DNA of 54,574 nt, taken from Snowella sp. Its GTDB lineage: Bacteria > Cyanobacteriota > Cyanobacteriia > Cyanobacteriales > Microcystaceae. Below, piece by piece: positions 39,966-50,160 of this stretch. Under the pieces are notes generated by a model, which made no database searches, was not told the DNA's origin, and was given only the letters and a program-made list of their open reading frames with translations. Position numbers and translations under genes: made by a program. Location of the stretch: the NCBI GenBank assembly GCA_035285545.1, contig JAYKGY010000067.1, forward strand, positions 1-54,574. The letters run 5' to 3'. The stretch's first letter is position 1, and each line of letters begins with the position of its first letter.

Positions 39966-41717
39966 CTAAGCTGGATAAATCCGTAAACGTCGGTTGGGTT
40001 CTTCTCCAAAACTATCGGATTGGAGACGATAATGTTCCACCAGTTCATGCTGCATTTTGCGAACTTTGGGAGAACGGGGGAGGAGTTCAACGGGTTGGCC
40101 CGTGGGAATGACAATTTGCTCAACCGCTAACCGCGCTTCTTCTAGACCTTCGAGTTCATCATCATTGCCACTGCGGGAAAATAAGCGTAAATCCACGCCT
40201 TCCCCATTTCGAGGGTCATCCATCCCTAATAAACGCCGTAAAACACGGGTTATCTGGGGAATATTATTGGATTTAATTCCGTAGATAGGAATGTTCCGAC
40301 TTTTAGCCGCATGGCGTAATTTAGAATGGGATTTAACGTGCGATCGCAGAGCAATGACCGCATCGGCATTTTGTAAGTCTTTGGTTAAAACAATGGGCAA
40401 ATTGAGTACATCAATCACTTGTTCGAGTTGACTGCGCCCAATTCCGTAGGGATACAGATAGACGGGTAAATCTTCCCCATTCGGGCCCGGAATGCGAATT
40501 CTTTCGATGTCTTCTTCGGGCTGCACCCAGGACTGGTCTAATAATTGATCAAAATCAGGCTCCTCCGTCGTTTCCCTAGAGATCGTTGTTAAGGGGGGTA
40601 AAGGGGTCATGCGTCCCGATGCTCTTAAGCCCGTTGGACGAGACATTCCTGCAAAACCATCAACTGCCCCAAAGTTCGGCGTTGCTTTAGGGGTTTCCTG
40701 TTGGATTTGGATTTCTCCTTGGTCGTCCACAAAGCGCGTTTGAAACCCAGGTTCTTTCCCCCGTAAGAGAATATCGACGGTTTGGGCTACATCTGCATGG
40801 ATTACCCAGCGTTGACGTTCTAACATTTCCACCGCGATCGCGAAAGTCGGAGGGGCTTTCCGTTCTAATACGGTTTTTTGTGATCCTCTTCGCCGGGCTT
40901 CCTCATCTCCCAAGGTTACAGCTTGAATGCCGCCGATCAGATCAGAAAGGGTTGGGTTTTTAATTAGGTTTTCAATCCGGTTGCCGTGAGCCGTTCCAAC
41001 TAACTGGACTCCCCGTTCGGCAATGGTTCGGGCTGCTAAGGCCTCTAATTCTGTTCCGATTTCATCAATGACAATGACTTCGGGCATGTGGTTTTCAACC
41101 GCTTCAATCATCACTTGATGCTGTAATTCGGGTCGGGCAACCTGCATTCGTCTGGCTCGGCCGATCGCGGGGTGGGGAATATCACCATCGCCTGCAATTT
41201 CATTAGAAGTATCAATAATGACTACGCGCTTGTTTAAATCATCGGCTAACACCCTGGCAATTTCCCGTAAAGCGGTGGTTTTACCGACTCCAGGACGACC
41301 TAACAGCAAAATAGACTGCCCTGTTTCCACTAAATCCCGAATCATGGAAATGGTGCCAAACACAGCCCGTCCGACTCGACAGGTCAAACCAATAATGTCA
41401 TCGGTGCGATTACGAATGGCACTAATTCGATGTAAGGTTCGTTCGATCCCTGCTCGGTTATCGCCGCTAAAATAACCGACTCGTTCGATGGAAAATCGTA
41501 AATCTTCTTTAGAAATCGGTGTTTCGCCTAAATAAACGGCTTCTTGAGGAAAGCGAGCCTCTGGCAATCGCCCTAAATCCATGACAACTTCAATCAGTTT
41601 ATTCCGTTGGGGGTGCTGTTCTAAGGTTGTGCGAATGGAAAGGGGTAAAATATCCAGTAATTGCGTGAGATCGTCAGTAATTTGCATTGCTTGGGGAATA
41701 GGCGTTGCTGGTAGCAT
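39966..41717 (-). CDS. ycf45: Ycf45/SpoIIIAA-like AAA ATPase with R3H domain
   Basis: GRPGVGKTT, DTSNEIAGDGD, EAVENHMPE, RKMQHEL..GEEPNRR. Confidence 0.88.
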   Translation of the reverse strand: MLPATPIPQAMQITDDLTQLLDILPLSIRTTLEQHPQRNKLIEVVMDLGRLPEARFPQEAVYLGETPISKEDLRFSIERVGYFSGDNRAGIERTLHRISAIRNRTDDIIGLTCRVGRAVFGTISMIRDLVETGQSILLLGRPGVGKTTALREIARVLADDLNKRVVIIDTSNEIAGDGDIPHPAIGRARRMQVARPELQHQVMIEAVENHMPEVIVIDEIGTELEALAARTIAERGVQLVGTAHGNRIENLIKNPTLSDLIGGIQAVTLGDEEARRRGSQKTVLERKAPPTFAIAVEMLERQRWVIHADVAQTVDILLRGKEPGFQTRFVDDQGEIQIQQETPKATPNFGAVDGFAGMSRPTGLRASGRMTPLPPLTTISRETTEEPDFDQLLDQSWVQPEEDIERIRIPGPNGEDLPVYLYPYGIGRSQLEQVIDVLNLPIVLTKDLQNADAVIALRSHVKSHSKLRHAAKSRNIPIYGIKSNNIPQITRVLRRLLGMDDPRNGEGVDLRLFSRSGNDDELEGLEEARLAVEQIVIPTGQPVELLPRSPKVRKMQHELVEHYRLQSDSFGEEPNRRLRIYPA

Positions 41718-41769
41718 TCGTATGATAATTTAATAACTCCATTTTGGAAACGAAAGGTCTCAAAATTAT

Positions 41770-42876
41770 CTAGTTAGGATCAATACGCCGTTTTAGGGGA
41801 GAAATAAGGGAATCGGCAAGGGCGACGGCTGACCACAGGAGGGTAGGATAATGTTCGAGTTGCTTTGATCCTAACGAATTTTCAGGGAAGTTTTCGAGTT
41901 CTTCTAAAATGGGCAAGACTAGGGATCGAGCATAGCTACCGTAGGCAATCCCTGAGATAGTTAAGCGTTGGTTTAAGGGATTTTGCAGATTAGGGTGAGG
42001 GTTCTGTAGCAGTCCTAGTTCCTTTAATTTCGTGACTGTATGACCATTGGTTCCGCCGGCGAGTTGGACATAACCCGTTAAATCGGAGGCTAGTACTTTT
42101 TGAGCGAATTTAATGGCGGCGTGGGTAGTTCCTTTGCCAATATCGCCACTCATGGGACGGCCATCGGTCTGCCAAATGAGGGGACACGGTAAGGGTTGAA
42201 TCAGATCATTAAGAGCGTTGAGATAGGCTAAGACGTTGGTTTCTCCGGGACAGCTAATGGCTAAAATTTTTAATCGGTCACACCTCGGCGCGATCGCTTG
42301 CCAAAGGGTTTTAAATTCCGATTCATGGCCCACTTGGGTATGCAGTTCGAGGGCATCAATTTCCCCTGATGCTAATAGGGATTGAATACTCGCCGGCGTT
42401 GCACGATGGGAACGGGTGCTAATTAACCCCAAGGGACAAACGGGTAAACAACGACCGCAACCATAGCATCGCTGATTGATCACGCCCGCCTGATTAATGG
42501 CCTGGGCTGGACAAAGGGATTCACAGGGACGGGCACAATCTTTTGGACAGCGGGTTGCATCAAATTGGGCCTTACGAAAATGGGGATCTTCTCCGTCATT
42601 GAGGCTGATCATGAGCCAGGGAAAACGAAAGGCGGGAAATCCTCGTTTGCGAGCTTCTGTGGATAGTTGTTGGGCTGCAATCATGCCTTCTCTGGCGGCT
42701 GTAACCACGGCTTGATCGGCCGCCATATCAATACAGTCCACTCCCGCCAAACTGTAAATGAGGGCTAAACTGCGAATGGCGGTTAAGTCTTGATAACTCG
42801 CGCCACAAATTAGCTTGACCCATTGCCCCGATTGCAGAGAATGAAGCGGAAATTCGGTCTGTATTGCGTCAGCCAT
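41770..42876 (-). CDS. ldpA: Circadian input Fe-S protein LdpA
   Basis: WVKLICGAS, DPHFRKA, CYGCGRCLPVCP, DGRPMSGDIG, QLAGGTN. Confidence 0.92.
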   Translation of the reverse strand: MADAIQTEFPLHSLQSGQWVKLICGASYQDLTAIRSLALIYSLAGVDCIDMAADQAVVTAAREGMIAAQQLSTEARKRGFPAFRFPWLMISLNDGEDPHFRKAQFDATRCPKDCARPCESLCPAQAINQAGVINQRCYGCGRCLPVCPLGLISTRSHRATPASIQSLLASGEIDALELHTQVGHESEFKTLWQAIAPRCDRLKILAISCPGETNVLAYLNALNDLIQPLPCPLIWQTDGRPMSGDIGKGTTHAAIKFAQKVLASDLTGYVQLAGGTNGHTVTKLKELGLLQNPHPNLQNPLNQRLTISGIAYGSYARSLVLPILEELENFPENSLGSKQLEHYPTLLWSAVALADSLISPLKRRIDPN

Positions 42877-42956
42877 GCCCCGTGATTACTTGTCTTGATT
42901 TCCCAATCTAACCCATTAAGACCCGCGATTGATCGCTGAATCATCTCCGCTCACCC

Positions 42957-43361
42957 CTAGAAATTTGTTGAAATGGCTTGCACTGGGCAGGTGGGAATAC
43001 ATTGTTCACAAACCACACAGCGCGATCGCCGAAACGTTAATTTAAAGGTCTCTGGATCAAGAATTAACGCCTCGGTGGGACAAACGCCGGTACACAGACC
43101 GCAATCCACACAGCTTTCTTCATTAATGACAATTTCTCGACTCGCCAAAGAAACGTTAATTTCCTGCGATCGCATCCACTCAACGGCCGCTTCGAGTTGA
43201 TCAATATCGCCTGACAATTCCAGCACCAATTTTCCCACCTGATTGGGCGCAACCTGGGCGCGAATAATATTGGCCGCCACATTAAAATCCTTGGCCAATC
43301 GATAGGTAATGGGCATTTGAATTGTGCGTCGTGGAAAAGACAGCGTAACCCGTTTTTTCAT
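42957..43361 (-). CDS. NIL-domain 2x[4Fe-4S] ferredoxin
   Basis: NIIRA motif; CVDCGLCTGVCP and CVVCEQCIPTCP. Confidence 0.9.
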   Translation of the reverse strand: MKKRVTLSFPRRTIQMPITYRLAKDFNVAANIIRAQVAPNQVGKLVLELSGDIDQLEAAVEWMRSQEINVSLASREIVINEESCVDCGLCTGVCPTEALILDPETFKLTFRRSRCVVCEQCIPTCPVQAISTNF

Positions 43362-43394
43362 AATTAATCACTAATAATGGATCATGGATCAGGG

Positions 43395-45065
43395 TCAGGA
43401 TTGGAGATAACCATCAAAAAAGGATTCAAAACGGTTGAATAAACGATTTTGGTTTTTGAGAAAAACCCTAGCACAATTGCGACCAGGCATTCCGGAAATC
43501 GAACCGCCTGGGTGGGTGCCGGCTCCGGTCAAATAGAGATTTTTAATCGGTGTTTGATAATTGGCAATTTCGGGTAAAGGCCGCAAAAACATCATTTGGT
43601 CGAGGGTCATATCTACATGATAGACATTGCCTTTATAGGAACCCAAGCGTTCCGCTAATTCGGCAGGGCTTTCGACGCGACGGGCAATAATCGACTGTTT
43701 AATATTGGGGGCGTAGTCGGCAATTTTATCAATAATGCGATCGGCCACTTGATTTTTGAGGGTGTCTGTCCAGCCGGTTCCATTCAGTCCCGTTCCCTCC
43801 GCTCCTGCAATTTGATAGGGGGCGAAAAATTCAATCCAGAGGGTATGTTTTCCTGGGGGAGCCATGGACGGGTCGAGCATCGTCGGCACATCCAGATACA
43901 AAGAAGGATTGGCATCAGGAATTTTCCCCAGGATAGTCATAGCGTGGGCTTCTTCCACCTGTAACATCGAGTCGGCAATCAAAATCGTTCCCAGATTGTA
44001 CTCTGCGCGATCGCCGTATTTGTCAAATCGTAATGGTTCTGCCAGGGCACAATCGACTTTTAAAATCGCTTCATTATTATTGACAATTCGACGTTCTACC
44101 TGTTCTCGTAATTGGGGATCTGCCTCATCAACGGCTCCAGGATCAACCAGTTGCAGAAACAAGCGTCTCACATCCAAATTAGAAATCACCCCCTTACCGG
44201 CACGATATACTTGACCCGTTTGGGTTTCAACCCCCACCGCCTTACCCTTTTCCACAATGACCCGCTTAACAGACTGTTCGGTTAAAATTTTTCCGCCCTT
44301 GTTCAATACCAGTTTCACCAAAGCTTGGGTTAAAGCCCCCGTTCCCCCTAGCGGTCGGGCAACCCCAGGATTATGACGCATAGCCATCATCATCATGCCG
44401 GCGGTTATTCCTTTTTGTGAGGGAGGGGCCCCTATTTCCGCGGCCAAACGGGCTAAAGGAGCCTTGACCACTTCCGTATCGAACCATTCATTGAGGAGAT
44501 CTTCGGGAGAACTGATCATGGTTCGCAGTGCGTTTAAGGCTTTATTGGGCGTGCCAACCACCTTTAACACATCCGGTAAATGCTTTAAACCATAGACCCG
44601 AATCATTTCCCATAAGGCTTGGGGCGGTACATTAAACAAAGGAGTAACTGCCCTCATTAATTGTGTCCAATATTCGATGAATTGCCTATATTTATCGGCA
44701 TCACGGCGACTATAACGAGAAATTTCCGCGCAAGTTTTTTCCAGAGAGCGGTAAGCTAAAAACGATTTTCCATCCGGTTGAGGACAAAAAACGGAGGGGT
44801 CAAAAAATAGATATTTTAATCCATATTTTTCTAGCTCTAATTCTTGGATAACAGGGCCAAGGAAAATAAATTCATGATCAATTGCACAAAGATTAAACTT
44901 AAATCCAGGGGCAAGATCCGGCAAGACCTCTTCTGTCGTTGCTGCACCACCAAGGACAGCACGTTTTTCCAAAAGCAACACCTTATAGCCGGCTTTGAGC
45001 AAATAAGCAGCACAGACTAAGCCATTATGCCCTGCACCGATAATAATTACATCATAGGATTCCAT
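43395..45065 (-). CDS. crtO: Beta-carotene ketolase (CrtO type)
   Basis: GAGHNGL, FNLCAIDHEFI, GTGLNGTGWTD, GAGTHPGGSISGMPGRNCA. Confidence 0.85.
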   Translation of the reverse strand: MESYDVIIIGAGHNGLVCAAYLLKAGYKVLLLEKRAVLGGAATTEEVLPDLAPGFKFNLCAIDHEFIFLGPVIQELELEKYGLKYLFFDPSVFCPQPDGKSFLAYRSLEKTCAEISRYSRRDADKYRQFIEYWTQLMRAVTPLFNVPPQALWEMIRVYGLKHLPDVLKVVGTPNKALNALRTMISSPEDLLNEWFDTEVVKAPLARLAAEIGAPPSQKGITAGMMMMAMRHNPGVARPLGGTGALTQALVKLVLNKGGKILTEQSVKRVIVEKGKAVGVETQTGQVYRAGKGVISNLDVRRLFLQLVDPGAVDEADPQLREQVERRIVNNNEAILKVDCALAEPLRFDKYGDRAEYNLGTILIADSMLQVEEAHAMTILGKIPDANPSLYLDVPTMLDPSMAPPGKHTLWIEFFAPYQIAGAEGTGLNGTGWTDTLKNQVADRIIDKIADYAPNIKQSIIARRVESPAELAERLGSYKGNVYHVDMTLDQMMFLRPLPEIANYQTPIKNLYLTGAGTHPGGSISGMPGRNCARVFLKNQNRLFNRFESFFDGYLQS

Positions 45066-45426
45066 TACAACTATTACCAAATTTTAATTTTTTTGATATT
45101 GAATTGAAGCAAAAATATTCTATAATAATAGCATTCTATCTCTAAAGCATAAATTCATACTCACTTATTTGAGTTTTCTTGACTGATAAATTGATTTTGT
45201 AAAATTCAGCTAACCAACTATTGTTTTTATCATTGTTATCAATTAAAATGGCTTAAATATAAGTCGGTTTTTGGTCTTTAAAACCCTAAATTTTACAAAT
45301 ACCTTTTATTTATTTAAGAAAAAAATCTTTTTTGAATGACTCCTTGCTCCCCATTAATCTATCTAAATCATCTTTGTATTTGTATCGACTAAAACAAGAA
45401 TATTCCCCTACAAAGACAAAACTCGT

Positions 45427-45753
45427 ATGCCGAACCCTATTAGTGTTATTGAACCATCAGGTATTTTTGATGGTGCTAAAGCTGCCAAGTTCTATCAAGA
45501 AATTGATCACCTTGTGATGAACAAAGTGGAAATTATCATTATCGATTTTAAGAATGTGACCTTTATGGATAGTTCCGGTTTAGGGGCCTTAGTCCAGTCT
45601 CTAAAAATGACCCGTGAAGCAAATGTTAAACTTTTACTGTGTTCCTTTAATGATCAGATCAAAATGTTATTTGAGTTAACTGGAATGGATCGGGTGTTTG
45701 AAATTTTTGCCCAGCGTGAAGAATTAGAGCAAACCATTCAAAGTAATCCCTAG
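45427..45753 (+). CDS. STAS anti-sigma factor antagonist
   Basis: VTFMDSSGLGAL, LFELTGMD. Confidence 0.9.
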   Translation: MPNPISVIEPSGIFDGAKAAKFYQEIDHLVMNKVEIIIIDFKNVTFMDSSGLGALVQSLKMTREANVKLLLCSFNDQIKMLFELTGMDRVFEIFAQREELEQTIQSNP

Positions 45754-45779
45754 AACTAAGAGGGAGGTTTATAGTAAAA

Positions 45780-46925
45780 TCAAGGAAAATAGGCTTCGAT
45801 AATCGACAAATCATCGGTTAAAGCCGATTTATGATGAAACGCTTTGAGTGATACGAATAATTGGTCTAGGTTTTGGGGGGTGTTGGCTTGATACTCTTTC
45901 AGTAAGGGAATGAAATTTTGTAATCCTAAATAATATCCATTGATTTTTTCAACCTCATAGATACCATCACTAAAGATATACAGGCTCGCTTGAGGGGGAA
46001 TGATACAACTTTTATCTGAATATTGAGCATTAGCAAACATGCCAATGGGAAAACCTGGTGTTTTTAATTCTTTTTCTAAACTGTTTTGTTGATTTTCTAG
46101 ATTTTTTTCTAGAAGAATAGCGGGGGGATGACCCGCACTGGCGTAGATTAATTCTCTTGTTTGACAGTTATAAACGCCATACCAAATGGTGAAGTATTTA
46201 TCATTTCGAGATGTAATTTGAAAGACTTGATTGAGTTCTTGTAGCACATTGCTGGGTTGATAATAATTAACTTGATTGAGCTTTTGCGATCGCAATAAAT
46301 TAATCACAGAAATTGACGGTAAAGCAGCGCGGAGTCCGTGGCCAGCGACATCCAACAAATAAATCGCTAAATGGGTTTCATCTAACCAAAAATAATCAAA
46401 TCCATCTCCCCCTAAATCTTGACACGGGAAAAAGCGCACATCAATGGCAAGTTTTTCGTGGGTTAGGGGTTCAGGCAAAATCGACCGAACATAATCGGCG
46501 GCTTCCCGTAATTCGGTTTCGAGGAGTTGCTTTTGTTCTTTTAAATCTTGACTCAGGTTGTGTAATCTTAGCCCTGCTCTGACTCTTGCGAGTAGTTCAC
46601 TAATTTGAATCGGTTTAAATAAAAAGTCATCTGCGCCTGCATCCAACCCCTGTACTCGGTCTTCAATAGAGGAAAGAGAGGTCAGCAAAATAAAAAATGT
46701 CGTTGATAGCTCCGGCAGGCTTTTGATTTGACGGCAAACGTCTAACCCTGTTATTTTCGGCATTAACCAGTCACAGATGATCAGGGCAGGATGTTGTTCT
46801 TTCGCTTGAATTAATCCTTCTTCTCCATTACTAGCAACACTGACGGAATAGCCGCTATTTTTCAATATTCTTTGCAGCCATCGCTGCATGGCAGGATCAT
46901 CATCAATAATTAGGAGTTGTACCAT
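45780..46925 (-). CDS. Response regulator receiver fused to SpoIIE/PP2C phosphatase (RsbU-like)
   Basis: IIDDD, DWLMP, LGGD, DVAGHG, SAGHPP, FSDG, DDLS. Confidence 0.9.
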   Translation of the reverse strand: MVQLLIIDDDPAMQRWLQRILKNSGYSVSVASNGEEGLIQAKEQHPALIICDWLMPKITGLDVCRQIKSLPELSTTFFILLTSLSSIEDRVQGLDAGADDFLFKPIQISELLARVRAGLRLHNLSQDLKEQKQLLETELREAADYVRSILPEPLTHEKLAIDVRFFPCQDLGGDGFDYFWLDETHLAIYLLDVAGHGLRAALPSISVINLLRSQKLNQVNYYQPSNVLQELNQVFQITSRNDKYFTIWYGVYNCQTRELIYASAGHPPAILLEKNLENQQNSLEKELKTPGFPIGMFANAQYSDKSCIIPPQASLYIFSDGIYEVEKINGYYLGLQNFIPLLKEYQANTPQNLDQLFVSLKAFHHKSALTDDLSIIEAYFP

Positions 46926-47194
46926 AATGGCAGAATGAAGGGGAATAATGGTATCTAAATCATACCCATACTTTTTCAGGTGACCTTTAGGATTAAAAGC
47001 GCAATCAAAAGCTGATCTTTTGCGGGTGGAAAAGCGGTTGCCTAATGATGCAGAAGCCGGTATTGTCTTGGCGTAATCAATAATTGCTGACTCAGCGGAG
47101 TAACCGAATTCACCGAATGGTTTATTTATTATTAAACTATTTTCTTCTCCTTTAGGATATAAATTTTTAAGTTCTCATCAATCAAGTAAAGGAG

Positions 47195-48025
47195 ATGGCG
47201 ATGAATTTTAATTCGATATTAGTAGAGACGACTTGGCTCGCAGACAATCTAGAGAATTCATTCATTAAAATTGTGGATTGTAGATTTCAATTGGGCCAGC
47301 CAAGCTGGGGTTATGAGCAGTATCAGCAGGGTCATATTCCGGGGGCATTTTATTTGGATTTGGATAAGGATTTATCTTCCCCGGTCAGACGGCATGGGGG
47401 TCGCCATCCTTTACCCGATATAGCGGTGATTAGCCAAAAACTGGCCGCCATTGGCATTATCCACGGAGAAACCTGGGTCATTATCTATGATGATTCCCGT
47501 TTTGCCTTTGCTTCCCGTCTTTGGTGGTTATTACGTTATTTGGGGCATGATAAGGTTGCCTTGTTACAAGGAGGCTGGTCGGCTTGGCAGCGCGATCGCT
47601 ATCCCATTTCTCAGACGGTTCCCACCGCTTTGCCGGGTCATTTTATTGCCAATCCCCAAACCGATTGGATCGTCGATATTGAGACGGTTCGGGCCCAACA
47701 GCACGCGCCTTCAACAGTATTAGTGGATTCACGGGAACGCGATCGCTATTTAGGAGAACGAGAACCCATTGATCCCATCGCAGGTCATATTCCAGGGGCA
47801 ATTTGTTTACCTTGGCTAGAAGTGACCGATGAACAGGGTTATGCGTTACCTCCAGAAAGACAGCAACAACGCTGGGCGGATTATCCCCCGACAGAAGATA
47901 TCATCGTTTACTGTGGTTCGGGAGTTACGGCCTGTGTTAATCTTTTTTCCCTTGCGATCGCGGGACGACCGATGGCCAAACTCTACCCTGGGGGTTGGAG
48001 CGATTGGTGTTCCTATGACGTTTAA
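47195..48025 (+). CDS. Two-domain rhodanese sulfurtransferase (SseA-like)
   Basis: GHIPGA twice, GRHPLP, YCGSGVTA, LYPGGWSDW. Confidence 0.92.
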   Translation: MAMNFNSILVETTWLADNLENSFIKIVDCRFQLGQPSWGYEQYQQGHIPGAFYLDLDKDLSSPVRRHGGRHPLPDIAVISQKLAAIGIIHGETWVIIYDDSRFAFASRLWWLLRYLGHDKVALLQGGWSAWQRDRYPISQTVPTALPGHFIANPQTDWIVDIETVRAQQHAPSTVLVDSRERDRYLGEREPIDPIAGHIPGAICLPWLEVTDEQGYALPPERQQQRWADYPPTEDIIVYCGSGVTACVNLFSLAIAGRPMAKLYPGGWSDWCSYDV

Positions 48026-48373
48026 GAAAAAACTCAAGCTTCTTTTGGGGAAGTCGGTGGTTTTAATTGATTCTAGCAGGGTGAACCTTCTCGCCTGTTG
48101 ACGGACAGGATGCCTATTTCGTATTTGATATTCAATGCCAACTAGCTACTTATCTTGCCGCATCCGCTTGCTTCACGAGTGGCTGAACCGCCGTCGAGTA
48201 CAATTTAAAAGAACACATTTCTAGAGGCTAACGTTAACAACCGCTCGGAATGCCCTTTTAAGCAAGGGTTAAGTGTTTACGCTAAAATTATTATTTAGTC
48301 ATAAATCCTAATATTATTTTTAACTCTTAAACTTAAACTTATTTTTATCTTAAAAATCAAACCTTTATTTGGT

Positions 48374-48928
48374 ATGACAAATAATTATATTTACCCTTAT
48401 AAGAGGGAACGTTTGTCGATTTTTGTTGACGGCAATAATATGTTTTATGCTCAACAGAAAAATGGCTGGTTTTTTGATCCCCGTCGAGTCTTAGAATATT
48501 TTACCCATGATCCCAGTGTCAATTTAATTAATGCTTTTTGGTACACCGGACTTAAAGATTCACAGGATCAGCGCGGTTTCCGTGATGCACTCATCAGTTT
48601 AGGCTACACCGTAAGAACCAAAATTTTAAAAGAATATTACGACGATAGCTCAGGACGCTATTCCCAAAAAGCCAATTTAGATATTGAAATTGTCGTTGAT
48701 ATGTTTAATACCGTTGAACAATACGATCGCGTTATTCTCTTTAGTGGAGACGGGGATTTTGAAAGAGCAATTGAATTACTTCGTTCCAAAAATACCCATA
48801 TTACGGTTGTTTCTACAGAAGGAATGATTGCTAGAGAACTCCGCAATGCCACCGATCGCTATATTGATTTAAATGATATTCGTAAGGACATTGAAAAAAC
48901 CGATAATTCCTATCCAAATCTGAGTTGA
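48374..48928 (+). CDS. labA: LabA/NYN-domain protein
   Basis: IFVDGNNMFY, KANLDIEIVVDM, SGDGDF. Confidence 0.8.
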   Translation: MTNNYIYPYKRERLSIFVDGNNMFYAQQKNGWFFDPRRVLEYFTHDPSVNLINAFWYTGLKDSQDQRGFRDALISLGYTVRTKILKEYYDDSSGRYSQKANLDIEIVVDMFNTVEQYDRVILFSGDGDFERAIELLRSKNTHITVVSTEGMIARELRNATDRYIDLNDIRKDIEKTDNSYPNLS

Positions 48929-49030
48929 AATGATTAATAATCATCGGCAAGTACGGCCCAATTTTGGGATTGAATTTTAACTAAATCTCTATGCTCGGAG
49001 TCTCTGACCGAGAATTCTAGGTGAGTTAGC

Positions 49031-50041
49031 CTAAGGGACAAATTGACATAAAATCAGACCAAACCATTGATTGGCATCTGTCCATATTTTTAAGGTTTTT
49101 AATCGCTGTTGATCGAGATAATTTTCCATTTGAGCTAGATTAAATTTTCGAGAAATTTCAGTGAGAATGCTCTCTCCGGCTTCAAAGTCAACCATTAGGG
49201 CTAAATCCTTTAATTTGACGGATTGGTTGCGTTGACTAATCAGGTGCATTTCAATTTGCGATCGCTCCTGATGATAAAAAGCATGGTGTTTAAATTCAGT
49301 TACATTAAAATTACCGCTAAATTGCGTATTTAAATGGTGCAAAATATTGAGATTAAAAGCCGCTGTTACGCCTTGCGAATCATTATAGGCAGCTTCTAAA
49401 ATTTGGATATCTTTTTGTAGATCAATTCCTAAGAGAAAATAATCGCCTGCGTTCATTGCCTTAACCATTTGTTCAAAAAAGCGATCGCACTCCATCGGGC
49501 TAAAATTTCCTAAGGTACTCCCTAAAAAGGCAATTAGACGTTTCGGGAAGTGGGCAGCAGGTAAATCTTCTAGGGCTAACTGATAGGTACTGACTAAGCC
49601 ATGAATGGTTAATCGGGGATAATCGGTTAACAATTCTGTCGCGGTGGACGCTAAAATGCTGGGGCTAACATCAATGGGAAGATAACAAATTGACGCATTT
49701 AACTGTTGATAGGCATCGAGTAAAAAACGGGTTTTCGTGGAGCTACCGCTACCTAATTCAATTAAGTCACAAGATCCCGTTATCGTCGCAATTTCTAAAG
49801 AATGTTTTTTTAAAAGACTAGCTTCCGTTCGAGTTGGATAATATTCCGGTAAAGTACAGATTTGTTCAAACAAAATCGATCCTTGATCATCATAAAAATA
49901 ATGGGGCGGCAAGGATTTTTGAGATTGGGTTAAACCCGAAATTACGTCTTCACCATGATTTAAATAGCTTAAGGGATGGGTTGATAACAAATTCTCAATG
50001 GTTAATCTTTCTTTTAGCTTGATTTCAAAAGTCGTTGCCAT
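49031..50041 (-). CDS. egtD: L-histidine N-alpha-methyltransferase
   Basis: YFYD..GS.LFEQI..LPEYYPTRTE, ELGSGSSTKT, AYND..GVTAAFN, TEISRKF. Confidence 0.92.
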   Translation of the reverse strand: MATTFEIKLKERLTIENLLSTHPLSYLNHGEDVISGLTQSQKSLPPHYFYDDQGSILFEQICTLPEYYPTRTEASLLKKHSLEIATITGSCDLIELGSGSSTKTRFLLDAYQQLNASICYLPIDVSPSILASTATELLTDYPRLTIHGLVSTYQLALEDLPAAHFPKRLIAFLGSTLGNFSPMECDRFFEQMVKAMNAGDYFLLGIDLQKDIQILEAAYNDSQGVTAAFNLNILHHLNTQFSGNFNVTEFKHHAFYHQERSQIEMHLISQRNQSVKLKDLALMVDFEAGESILTEISRKFNLAQMENYLDQQRLKTLKIWTDANQWFGLILCQFVP

Positions 50042-50160
50042 TTTTCCTCCGATTAATTGACACAATTTGGGGTAATTCTGAAAACTTTAAAAAATATTGA
50101 TGAATTTAAATCACTGAAAAATATTTTATAATAATTATCATCAGAAATAAATCTTTAAGA

